IMG/VR virus record: IMGVR_UViG_3300033485_000045
Coordinates: 1 to 38,219 of that record
Length of the DNA stretch: 38,219 bases
Direction: 5' to 3' (one strand)
Source: a virus
Lineage: Duplodnaviria > Caudoviricetes
The position numbers and the translations under genes were made by a program. This document shows positions 1 to 8,024 of the stretch, one piece after another. The notes beneath the pieces were generated by a model. It was not told the origin of the DNA and did not search any database. It saw only the letters and a program-made list of their open reading frames with translations. How positions within the stretch are numbered: position 1 is the stretch's first letter; every line of letters starts with the position of its first letter.

Positions 1-853
1 CTCCTACCTTCGCACAGGGTTTATGGCTATCTTCTACTGTAAAGACAAACGGAATTAGACGATTAACCGCAACAAATAGCACAGTCGATTTAACAATCAT
101 TGGAACAGCTGGAACAGTCATAACAAATGGTAAAGCAGAAGATACCAATGGGGCTAAATGGAATTTACCCGCAACGGTCACGATCCCTTTGGGTGGCTCG
201 ATTGTAGTAACTTCAACATCAGAAACCGCAGGGGCTATTACGGCTTCTTCGGCAACGATCACAAAGATAGCAACTCCAACACTCGGATGGCAAACCGTCA
301 ATAATGTATCGGCGGCAACCTCAGGGCGCAACATGGAAACAGACGCGGAACTTCGCACACGCCAAAGAGTATCAACCGCCATGCCTTCTCTTTCAGTTCT
401 TGAAGGTATAAAGGGTGGCATTGCAAACACAATAGGCGTTACACGCTCAAAAGTATATGAGAATGACAGTAACATAACTGACACTGATGGAATACCAGCT
501 CATAGCATTTCGGCAGTAGTAGAAGGTGGAGTGACACAAGCAATAGCTGATTCTATCGCACTAAGGAAAACCCCCGGAACTCCAACATACGGAACAACCT
601 CAGCGACGAACTATGATCGCTATGGTGTGCCGAACACGATTAACTTTTACCGCCCTACAAATGTCACCATTAAAGTTGAGGTAACAATATCTGCACTATC
701 GGGATATTTAACGGCATACGCTGACTCAATTAAACAAGCATTGGTCGATTATATTGCAACGCTTGGAATCGGTGACGATGTTTATTTAACAAAGCTTTAT
801 GTTCCAGCGAACTTATCAGGAACAGCGGCAGGGTTAACGTTTGATATTTCATT
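1..853 (+). repeat. Terminal direct repeat, copy A (imperfect; pairs with 37367-38219)
   Basis: nt 1-127 are identical to 37367-37493; the rest aligns without gaps, with about 97 substitutions by manual count. Confidence 0.97.
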
Positions 854-962
854 ATTAAGAATTGCTAAAAATGCGGGTGCTTTCGGGACTTCAAATATCG
901 TCCTTGCGTTTAATGAAGTTGCAATATCTTTGACTACTGACATAACGGTAATCGTAGTATGA
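1..962 (+). CDS. Baseplate J/gp47-like wedge protein, 3' part (5' end lies at 37153 if the genome is circular; about 391 aa in total)
   Basis: Open frame from the window start, in frame with the ORF starting at ATG 37153 across the junction. Contains ETDAELRTRQR and GIPAHSISAVVEGG motifs; lies directly upstream of the DUF2612-like gene. Confidence 0.9.
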   Translation, partial: PTFAQGLWLSSTVKTNGIRRLTATNSTVDLTIIGTAGTVITNGKAEDTNGAKWNLPATVTIPLGGSIVVTSTSETAGAITASSATITKIATPTLGWQTVNNVSAATSGRNMETDAELRTRQRVSTAMPSLSVLEGIKGGIANTIGVTRSKVYENDSNITDTDGIPAHSISAVVEGGVTQAIADSIALRKTPGTPTYGTTSATNYDRYGVPNTINFYRPTNVTIKVEVTISALSGYLTAYADSIKQALVDYIATLGIGDDVYLTKLYVPANLSGTAAGLTFDISLLRIAKNAGAFGTSNIVLAFNEVAISLTTDITVIVV

Positions 963-1615
963 CAACAACTGACTACACAGCTTTAATAACATCACAGCAT
1001 AACGACAAGCCTAAATTTGTCGCGATGACCACCTCCGATGTTGAGCCGTATGTCGAAATAGAAAATATACTTTTAAATATCCCTTCGCTTTATGATGTTG
1101 ATACCGCTATCGGTTCAGCTCTTGACGTAATCGGTGAATGGGTAGGGGCTAATCGTAACGTATCCATACCTCTCACTGGTGTTTATTTTGAATGGGACGG
1201 CACAGCACTAGTCGGATGGGATAGCGGAACATGGCAAGGAGAGTTTGATCCTACCGCTGGGTTAACTTCTTTACCAGATGATAGTTATCGAAAATTCATT
1301 AAAGCTAAAATTGCCTCTAACCAATGGGACGGAACGATTGAAAGTGCGTACACTATCTGGGTTGATATTTTTCAGGATTCAGCTATTATTATCCAAGATA
1401 ATCAAGATATGACAATGACTGTCGGAGTTGCAGGAACAAAGCTCGGTGCAGTAGATCAAGCGTTACTAACGCAGGGATATTTAGCCCTTAAACCCGTAGG
1501 GGTTAGGATTAATTATTTTGCAATTACGTTAGAGTCGGGTGCATTATTTGGATGGGACGTAAATAACACCGCGATAGCTGGATGGGATATTGGCCAATGG
1601 CCTATTGAAATTTAA
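959..1615 (+). CDS. DUF2612-like baseplate wedge protein
   Basis: YTALITSQH.DKPKF, G..LDVIGEWVG and L.DD.YR..IKAKI motifs; sits between baseplate J and tail fibre; ATGA overlap with the upstream gene. Confidence 0.85.
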   Translation: MTTTDYTALITSQHNDKPKFVAMTTSDVEPYVEIENILLNIPSLYDVDTAIGSALDVIGEWVGANRNVSIPLTGVYFEWDGTALVGWDSGTWQGEFDPTAGLTSLPDDSYRKFIKAKIASNQWDGTIESAYTIWVDIFQDSAIIIQDNQDMTMTVGVAGTKLGAVDQALLTQGYLALKPVGVRINYFAITLESGALFGWDVNNTAIAGWDIGQWPIEI

Positions 1616-1627
1616 TAAGGAGAATAA

Positions 1628-2785
1628 ATGGCAAATGATATTTTACTATTCGCTGACGATACAGGAGCGAATGTATTAACACAAGTTGCTTACGCGGCAG
1701 ACACTCAAAGGACTTTAGGAAATCAGCCGGGGATTGCAAGGGCTAATTTCGTTAATAAAGTATTACGCCAAACGTCGTTTATGTCGGTAGCTCTTGCACA
1801 GCTAATCGTCGATAGAACTACACAGAGCGTTTTAGACGATGGCGACGACGCTGTACTTCTTGCAAATATGAAGAATGCTACCGACGTAGCATTTAACACA
1901 AATGCCGCAACCGCTAAAACAACACCGGTCGATGCGGATTTATTGCCGATTGTTGATAGTGCCGCATCTAATGTTCTCAAAAAGCTTTCATGGCTTAACT
2001 TAAGAGCAACACTAAAAACATATTTCGACACGCTTTATTCAGCTATTGGTAGTAATAGTTCTAAAATCCAACCAATCACATCATCTGTAGCCGCAAACGC
2101 TCTTACGGTTACATTAAATGCAACCTCATTAGACTTTAGAAGCGCAACACTTGGCGATGGTACTGTAAATACAAGGACAATAGCATCCCCAATATCAATG
2201 ACTGTATCAAGTGGCTCTACTCTTGGAACTATCAGCGCAACTGCATCACGTTTAGTATTAATTGCTATTGATAATGCTGGAACTATTGAGCTTGCTATTG
2301 TAAATCTATCAGGTGGTAATAACCTTGATGAAACTACTCTTATAAGTACAACCGCAGAAGGTGGAGCAGGAGCGGCAGATTCAGAAAGTATAATTTATTC
2401 TACAAGCGCAAGAAGTAATGTTCCTTTTAGAGTGGTAGGATTTATTGATATTACCGAAGCAACGGCAGGAACTTGGGTGACTGCTCCTTCTACTATCCAA
2501 GGTATTGGAGGTCAAGCATTAGCGGCAATGAGTTCTTTAGGATATGGTCAGACATGGCAGGACGTTACTGGTAGTAGAGCGTCAGGCACTACATATACCA
2601 ATAGCACTGGAAATCCAATCATAGTAGCAGTAGAAGCAGGATCGGCAGTAACACTTAGTACATTTACTATTAATGGAGTTGCGTCTACAAAATATTTAGT
2701 TGGGGGTTCTTATGTCATACCTCCGGGAAATACGTATTCATCTGTCCCGGGCGGAGGACTTGTTAAATGGATGGAGCTTAGATAA
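1628..2785 (+). CDS. Tail fibre protein
   Basis: N-terminal anchor (ANVLTQ..Y, GIAR..VNKVLRQ); C-terminal GYGQTWQDVTGSRASGTTYTNSTGNPI motif common in tail fibre tips; RBS AAGGAG. Confidence 0.85.
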   Translation: MANDILLFADDTGANVLTQVAYAADTQRTLGNQPGIARANFVNKVLRQTSFMSVALAQLIVDRTTQSVLDDGDDAVLLANMKNATDVAFNTNAATAKTTPVDADLLPIVDSAASNVLKKLSWLNLRATLKTYFDTLYSAIGSNSSKIQPITSSVAANALTVTLNATSLDFRSATLGDGTVNTRTIASPISMTVSSGSTLGTISATASRLVLIAIDNAGTIELAIVNLSGGNNLDETTLISTTAEGGAGAADSESIIYSTSARSNVPFRVVGFIDITEATAGTWVTAPSTIQGIGGQALAAMSSLGYGQTWQDVTGSRASGTTYTNSTGNPIIVAVEAGSAVTLSTFTINGVASTKYLVGGSYVIPPGNTYSSVPGGGLVKWMELR

Positions 2786-2824
2786 AATTATTATTAATTT
2801 CAATATCATGAATAAGGAAAATAA

Positions 2825-3190
2825 ATGAAGCATTATAAAGACACAAACGGAAATGTATTTGCCTATGAGGATAATGGATCACAAGACTATCTAATAGGTG
2901 ATAAAGTAGCCATGACAGTGTTAGAAGTTGAGGCTCATATTAATTCTTCCATGGCAGTATCATATAATGAAGTATCAAGGGCGCAGTTCTTTGCCGCACT
3001 TATTATTAGTAACTTAGATACAATTGTGGATAATGCGGTAATGTCTAGCGGTGATAAATTGCTGATTAATGACTATAAAAATCGCCTCACATTCCGAAGA
3101 GATTGGCCTAGCTTTATTACAATGGCCACAGTGCTTGGGAAATCAGATGCTGATATTGATGCATTATTTCAGTTAGCAAGTACGCAATAA
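2825..3190 (+). CDS. Putative tail fibre assembly/chaperone protein
   Basis: Follows the fibre gene; N-terminal MKHYKD.NG.VFAYE..GSQD and C-terminal VSRAQF...DIDALFQLA, typical of fibre-associated genes. Confidence 0.65.
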   Translation: MKHYKDTNGNVFAYEDNGSQDYLIGDKVAMTVLEVEAHINSSMAVSYNEVSRAQFFAALIISNLDTIVDNAVMSSGDKLLINDYKNRLTFRRDWPSFITMATVLGKSDADIDALFQLASTQ

Positions 3191-3250
3191 TAGTCACATA
3201 ATATGGCAATCAAGATATAATAGTATAATAAATAAAAATTGGAGTTAGAA

Positions 3251-4189
3251 ATGAAATCATGTGGAAAAATAAACCTACCTTTTGCTTTTGGTGGTGCTAA
3301 TTCAAATCAGTTTGCGGACGGAGTTTTACTTGACGATGGACGTATTTATTTAGTACCGTATAATGAAGTATATGCACGTTTTTACGACTATGGTACAAAT
3401 ACTTTAAACATCCCAATGGGTGATTTTTCAGGATCAGGGCAATTTAGTGCAGGAATGCTACTGGATGATGGGCGAATTTTCATGGTGCCATACAATTCTA
3501 CAGTAGCAAAGATTTATGATCCAGTAGCGGATACAGTTATTAGCACTGGAAGCTTTGCAGGTAATTACGCATATAATCGTGCTGTGAAGCTAACTGATGG
3601 AAAAATATACATGATCCCTCATAATGCTACAGTTGCAAAGATTTATGATCCAATTACAAATACTTTCTCTACTCCATCGGGCACATTCCCAAGTGGATTT
3701 GCCTATGCAGGTGGATTACTGCTCCCTGATGGTAAAGTTTTTATGGTTCCACACATGACTTCAAAAGCGGCGATTTATGATCCTGCAACTGATACATTAA
3801 CACTATCAAATTGTACATTTCCTTATGCAGAGAGCCTTGCAACGTGCGTAATGCTTAACGATGGTAAAATATTTCTAGCTCCGCATAAGAGCGCAACGGC
3901 TCGCATTTACGATCCCGTAACTGATACTATTTCTACCCCAAGCGGAACCTATGGAACTGAGGGAGTTGCAAATTATCTTGGGTGTACTAAACTTGATGAT
4001 GGGCGTGTATATATCGTTCCGTTTCAAGCAACTAAGGCAAAAGTATATGACCCAATTAATGACACACTGACTACTGTAGCAGGGAATTATTATAGCGGAG
4101 GAATGTTTCGTGGAGCAACTAAACTTCCCAATGGACGTTTATTCCCAATTCCATTTAATACTACAGTAGGGGTTGTAGTATGCAGCTGA
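3251..4189 (+). CDS. Seven-bladed beta-propeller (Kelch-like) repeat protein
   Basis: Seven repeats of about 44-46 aa with consensus LxDG(R/K)(I/V)(Y/F)xxP...A(K/R)IYDPxTDT (last repeat truncated); ATG 3251 follows GGAG; TATAAT boxes upstream. Confidence 0.85.
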   Translation: MKSCGKINLPFAFGGANSNQFADGVLLDDGRIYLVPYNEVYARFYDYGTNTLNIPMGDFSGSGQFSAGMLLDDGRIFMVPYNSTVAKIYDPVADTVISTGSFAGNYAYNRAVKLTDGKIYMIPHNATVAKIYDPITNTFSTPSGTFPSGFAYAGGLLLPDGKVFMVPHMTSKAAIYDPATDTLTLSNCTFPYAESLATCVMLNDGKIFLAPHKSATARIYDPVTDTISTPSGTYGTEGVANYLGCTKLDDGRVYIVPFQATKAKVYDPINDTLTTVAGNYYSGGMFRGATKLPNGRLFPIPFNTTVGVVVCS

Positions 4190-4217
4190 AATCTACAATA
4201 GATATGACGGAATCATA

Positions 4218-4607
4218 ATGTTTATCTCTCCTCTTAGAATAGAAGCTTTAAAGGGTGGTAAGTTCCAATTATTATCACCTCTTGGATTTAAAGATGGAAA
4301 CATATTAATAACAGTACAAAAAGGTTTCATCTATGATGGGGCAAGTATCCCCCGTAGTCTTTGGAGTGTAGTCGGATGCCCAATGGATTACGCCTATGAG
4401 AGTTGCTTGCATGATGCTCTTTATGCTTCAAAGCTATTCCCTCGCAAAGACTGCGATAAATACTTTTATAAGGCTCTTAAAGCTCGTGGTGTATCTCTAA
4501 TAACTGCTAAAGAACTTTACTTAGGTGTACGCTTTGGCGGTGAAGAACATTTTGGGAGTGATAGTATTGCCGATGCTCGTGAGTTTGTAGGTGTAGAATG
4601 GCTTTAA
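4218..4607 (+). CDS. DUF1353-family protein
   Basis: GFIYDGASIPR.LW, LHDALY, D..F..AL...GV and Y.GVR.GG motifs. Confidence 0.85.
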   Translation: MFISPLRIEALKGGKFQLLSPLGFKDGNILITVQKGFIYDGASIPRSLWSVVGCPMDYAYESCLHDALYASKLFPRKDCDKYFYKALKARGVSLITAKELYLGVRFGGEEHFGSDSIADAREFVGVEWL

Positions 4608-4684
4608 ACACAAATATCGACTTAATAGTAGGCATAGCACTTTTAGCAGTGATACTTATTAGAATAGTTTTACAGCCAAAATAA
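4598..4684 (+). CDS. Small single-TM peptide (28 aa, MALNTNIDLIVGIALLAVILIRIVLQPK)
   Basis: Manual translation; not in the ORF track; one hydrophobic helix; overlaps the end of the DUF1353 gene. Confidence 0.5.
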   Translation: MALNTNIDLIVGIALLAVILIRIVLQPK

Positions 4685-4685
4685 A

Positions 4686-4694
4686 TGTTATAAT
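4686..4694 (+). promoter_or_regulatory. Extended -10 promoter (TGtTATAAT) upstream of the lysis-region genes
   Basis: Consensus TGnTATAAT 25 nt before ATG 4720. Confidence 0.5.
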
Positions 4695-4719
4695 AAATCA
4701 ATAAAAAGTAAGGCGTATA

Positions 4720-5094
4720 ATGAGTGATACTTTATCTGAAATTAAAAGACTAGAAACATTAATTAGCCAAAACATTGGTGCAACTAGAGGATTATCAGAT
4801 AAAGTTCAAAAACTAAGCGAAAGCATGGCTACAATAGAGGCTCATAGAATACATGAAAGAGAAGCAGCTAACAAGACAGATGAGCAAATAGAAAAGCTTA
4901 CTACTGCTATAAATTCTCTTAATGAAACTTTTGCTACTATTAACGGAAAGGCGCAAGGGGTTGGAATGATGGTAAAGTCCTTTTGGGCTATATCAGGGTC
5001 TATTATTGTTGCATCTATTTTATGGTTATCAAGTACGATAGTTGATCTAAAAATGCAGGTAGCTGTATTACAGAGCAGGGAAAAACAATTATGA
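4720..5094 (+). CDS. Coiled-coil protein with C-terminal TM helix (holin/antiholin-like)
   Basis: Heptad-like N-terminal region, then the hydrophobic segment FWAISGSIIVASILWLSS; lysis-region location. Confidence 0.6.
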   Translation: MSDTLSEIKRLETLISQNIGATRGLSDKVQKLSESMATIEAHRIHEREAANKTDEQIEKLTTAINSLNETFATINGKAQGVGMMVKSFWAISGSIIVASILWLSSTIVDLKMQVAVLQSREKQL

Positions 5095-5366
5095 TTTCAT
5101 CTATGTTATTAACAATGCACTTAGTTCTTTTTGGAGTAAAGCTATGGGCGGTAATAGCACTTATTGAAAGTATGAAGAAATATAAATTTATGATTTTAGT
5201 ATCAATTATATATCTTGCAATTCAAACATGGTTTTTATATTGCTTCTTTTTAGACATTGATTTGTATTATTATGAGATTATTTCCATACTTGACCAATGT
5301 ATATTTACAATAGGATTGATATTTTATCTTACAAAGGAGGTTGAGAATGGCGCAAGGAAGAACTAA
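5091..5366 (+). CDS. Small multi-pass membrane protein (about 3 TM)
   Basis: 91 aa with three hydrophobic stretches; ATGA overlap with the upstream gene. Confidence 0.6.
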   Translation: MISSMLLTMHLVLFGVKLWAVIALIESMKKYKFMILVSIIYLAIQTWFLYCFFLDIDLYYYEIISILDQCIFTIGLIFYLTKEVENGARKN

Positions 5367-5394
5367 CGGCGGCGGAGTACGACCAAAAAAATAA
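5347..5394 (+). CDS. Putative 15-aa peptide MAQGRTNGGGVRPKK
   Basis: AAGGAGG Shine-Dalgarno at 5334-5340, 6 nt before ATG 5347; stop TAA 5392-5394. Confidence 0.45.
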   Translation: MAQGRTNGGGVRPKK

Positions 5395-5430
5395 TTTATA
5401 GGCTTCATCTAGGTGGGGCTTATTAAATTA
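5392..5430 (+). promoter_or_regulatory. RNA hairpin (terminator, processing site or translational control) before the DUF5675 gene
   Basis: taattt-ataggcttcatc / ggtggggcttat-t-aaatta pairs using several G-U wobbles that work only on the + strand. Confidence 0.5.
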
Positions 5431-5442
5431 TAAGGAGTTGAT

Positions 5443-5847
5443 ATGCACATTAAAATTATAAGAAAAACTGGCAATAGTAAGTTTACAGAGGGACGAATGT
5501 ATATTGATGGAGAGTTTGAGTGCTTTACCGTTGAGGACGCTGTACGTGCTGTCAAAATACAAAACAAAACAGCTATCCCAAAAGGTACTTATAATGTCAT
5601 TATGACTATGAGTACACGATTTAAAAAAATGATGCCACTACTTGAAGGAGTACCTAATTTTACTGGTGTTCGTATTCATGCTGGCAATAGCTCAAAGGAT
5701 ACAGAGGGGTGCATTATCGTTGGTGCTCTTAATGATTCTATGGATGATGATTTTATAGGTGCATCTAAGGTAGCAGTATCAAGGCTTTATCCTAAAATTG
5801 CAGACGCTTTAGCGGTAAAAGAAAAAGTAACGCTGGAGATTGCATAA
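5443..5847 (+). CDS. DUF5675-family protein, probable endolysin (YkuD-like His/Cys motif)
   Basis: T.G.MYIDG.F.CFT.ED, TAIP.GTY and GVRIHAGN..KDTEGCIIVG motifs; directly upstream of the holin. Confidence 0.8.
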   Translation: MHIKIIRKTGNSKFTEGRMYIDGEFECFTVEDAVRAVKIQNKTAIPKGTYNVIMTMSTRFKKMMPLLEGVPNFTGVRIHAGNSSKDTEGCIIVGALNDSMDDDFIGASKVAVSRLYPKIADALAVKEKVTLEIA

Positions 5848-6347
5848 TGAGCTGGATAACTGATCTAGTATCTCCTATTGCCGGAGGACTTATTAAAGAC
5901 GTGGGGGAAACAGTACGCTCCTTTGTAACAACAGAAGCCGATAAACTTATCCTTGGTAACAAGCTCACAGAGATTGAAGCAAAGTTTAAAACTGATATGG
6001 AAACCTTAACCATTGAAATTGAGAAACAGCGTGTACAAAATGCAGCAGATATTAATGAAACAATGCGATCGGAAGCGGTATCAGAACATTGGGCTACATA
6101 TTCATGGAGACCTTTTATAGGTTTTGTATTTGGGATAATGGCATTTATGATGGCTGGTACTGTAATGGCTTCGTATATCGCTGTTATGCTAGGATATATG
6201 AAAGTAGACGTGTTGTCTTATATCCCTCAAATGTTAGCATCTATGGCTATGGTAATGGGTACTATCGCACCTATACTTGGTATCGCTTCATGGTATCGTG
6301 GGAAAATGCAAGCAGACCCTAACATACCTACTGATAATAGGGGTTAA
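5847..6347 (+). CDS. Holin (3TM / GTA-holin-like family)
   Basis: N-terminal amphipathic helix, DINETMRSEA.SEHW..YSWRPFIG motif, two C-terminal TM helices. Confidence 0.8.
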   Translation: MSWITDLVSPIAGGLIKDVGETVRSFVTTEADKLILGNKLTEIEAKFKTDMETLTIEIEKQRVQNAADINETMRSEAVSEHWATYSWRPFIGFVFGIMAFMMAGTVMASYIAVMLGYMKVDVLSYIPQMLASMAMVMGTIAPILGIASWYRGKMQADPNIPTDNRG

Positions 6348-6562
6348 GCCTTTAACATCCCATGCTCTATAAGCCATAGTTTACTTTTAGCGTAAGTCGC
6401 CCAATGTCGCTCGGATTCATCTTCTATAGTATCGGGCTTACGCTCGTTATCAATATTCTGCGCTACTAATTCAGCCTCTTGATGTGTATCATAAACACCG
6501 ATATGACTGCCGTACTTTCGTACTCTAAATCGTTTGCCGTGAGGGTAAACTCCTCTAATCAT
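6344..6562 (-). CDS. Stand-alone AP2-like DNA-binding protein
   Basis: RGVY...KRFRVR....HIGVYDT.QEA resembles the AP2 domain consensus; its stop codon overlaps the holin stop (TTAA). Confidence 0.55.
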   Translation of the reverse strand: MIRGVYPHGKRFRVRKYGSHIGVYDTHQEAELVAQNIDNERKPDTIEDESERHWATYAKSKLWLIEHGMLKA

Positions 6563-6749
6563 TGCCTAATAACTTAATAGGCTTATTTATAGGTAACTTC
6601 CTACACTTAAAACCTTCCTCAAAACACTCTTGGCATAAGTCCTCAATCTTTTTTAAAACTTCAAGTGGTATTTTTGTTTTATACTCTCGCAAAGTTCTTT
6701 CTAAAATCAAAGAAAAATCAAACGGTGATTGTATTTTTGCGTCTAGCAT
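6555..6749 (-). CDS. Hypothetical protein
   Basis: 64-aa ORF, co-oriented with and overlapping its neighbours in the leftward operon. Confidence 0.55.
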   Translation of the reverse strand: MLDAKIQSPFDFSLILERTLREYKTKIPLEVLKKIEDLCQECFEEGFKCRKLPINKPIKLLGND

Positions 6750-7353
6750 CGTTCACCTTTTCTTTATTTTCTTCTCTCCATTTTTTTCGATACTCTAAAT
6801 GCTTTTCTCGATGGTTTGATTGATATTTTTTAGCATACTCTAATCGCTGTTCTTTAGTGGGTTTTTTAAATGGTTCTCCTTTATTATTTAGTCCTTGTGC
6901 TTTCCAAATAGCGCGCTGTTCTTGTATCTTTTCAGATTTATATTTAGCCATTTCTTTTTTAGTCATTCCTTCTTTACGTGGCTTAGGAGGAATTCCTTTT
7001 GTAGTCAATCCTTTAGCTTTAAAATCAGCCCTACGTTTTGCTTGACGTTCTAACCGATTCGCTTTTAATTCTTCATCTGACATTTTAGGAGGTCTAGCCC
7101 CCAATAACTTTTTTGGCAGTGATTCATTTATACGTATTGATCTTTTCCGCTTTGTACTTTCAGCATTTTTTATAAATGTTTCAAGGCTTGCAGATTTTTT
7201 ATGCTGATCTTGCTTAGAGTGCAAAATTAATGGTGCTATTTCTTCATCACCATATTGTAATCCATGCGCCTCACAAAAATCTTTCTCGCTCATGTATGGT
7301 AAAGAGGCTTTTAAGCGTTTCATTTGTGATAGGTAATTTTCATATAGGGTCAT
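6718..7353 (-). CDS. Highly basic Lys/Arg-rich hypothetical protein with an internal repeat
   Basis: 211 aa; repeated unit RADFKAKGLTTKGIP / RAIWKAQGLNNKGEP; C-terminal YRKKWREENKEK-type helix. Confidence 0.7.
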   Translation of the reverse strand: MTLYENYLSQMKRLKASLPYMSEKDFCEAHGLQYGDEEIAPLILHSKQDQHKKSASLETFIKNAESTKRKRSIRINESLPKKLLGARPPKMSDEELKANRLERQAKRRADFKAKGLTTKGIPPKPRKEGMTKKEMAKYKSEKIQEQRAIWKAQGLNNKGEPFKKPTKEQRLEYAKKYQSNHREKHLEYRKKWREENKEKVNDARRKNTITV

Positions 7354-7622
7354 TTTATAATCCCCATCATTTTTGAAGCATTTATATTTCTAATATCTAA
7401 ACTTGAAATACCGTTATTTTTTGGAAGTTCTAAATATTTTATGCGATGCGCCATAACCTCCATAATAGCCGTCTTATCTTTAATGATAATCTCTTGGGCT
7501 TCGATGGTTGCTTGTAACTCTTCAATTTCTATTAGTGCTTCCTCGCAATCTTGCATCAATTCAAAATCTTCATTAAAGTCCGCATCGCCTCTAATTTGTT
7601 TTAATATTTCTAATGCTTTCAT
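7350..7622 (-). CDS. Hypothetical coiled-coil protein
   Basis: ATG 7622 preceded by GGAGG; overlaps both neighbours. Confidence 0.65.
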   Translation of the reverse strand: MKALEILKQIRGDADFNEDFELMQDCEEALIEIEELQATIEAQEIIIKDKTAIMEVMAHRIKYLELPKNNGISSLDIRNINASKMMGIIK

Positions 7623-7732
7623 AACGAAGCCCTCCATTCACAATACTGTTGCATAACCTCTTCAATTGATAGCCCATACTTTTCTTGCATTTGAAAGAAG
7701 GATAAGCCCTCATCTTGTTTGAAATCGATCAT
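7619..7732 (-). CDS. Small hypothetical protein (37 aa, MIDFKQDEGLSFFQMQEKYGLSIEEVMQQYCEWRASL)
   Basis: Manual translation; exactly fills the gap with ATGA overlaps at both ends; RBS AGGAG. Confidence 0.6.
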   Translation of the reverse strand: MIDFKQDEGLSFFQMQEKYGLSIEEVMQQYCEWRASL

Positions 7733-7950
7733 TTTAACTCTCCTAAATTTTTAAGACATAACCCTTGGGCTATCTCATTTTGTTGGATTTTAAACGCTGT
7801 TTGCGAAACATTTAAATCCCATATTAATTGCTTATTATTTTTAGCCTGAGCATATATAATAGCTACAAATATGATATTAGCAACGATTGAGAAAAATAAT
7901 ATAGCCGTGATAATATTTTCTCTCATTGCTTCTCTTTCTCTTCTTGTCAT
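7729..7950 (-). CDS. Small single-TM membrane protein
   Basis: Hydrophobic segment IITAILFFSIVANIIFVAIIYA; RBS GGAGG. Confidence 0.65.
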   Translation of the reverse strand: MTRREREAMRENIITAILFFSIVANIIFVAIIYAQAKNNKQLIWDLNVSQTAFKIQQNEIAQGLCLKNLGELK

Positions 7951-8024
7951 CCCACTACCTCCATATTAGCCCATATTACAGCGCATAGAACAGCGATTGC
8001 TATTATGTAGTGATACCATTTCAT
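7947..8024 (-). CDS. Small TM peptide (25 aa, MKWYHYIIAIAVLCAVIWANMEVVG)
   Basis: Manual translation; ATGA overlaps on both sides; RBS AAGGAG. Confidence 0.55.
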   Translation of the reverse strand: MKWYHYIIAIAVLCAVIWANMEVVG

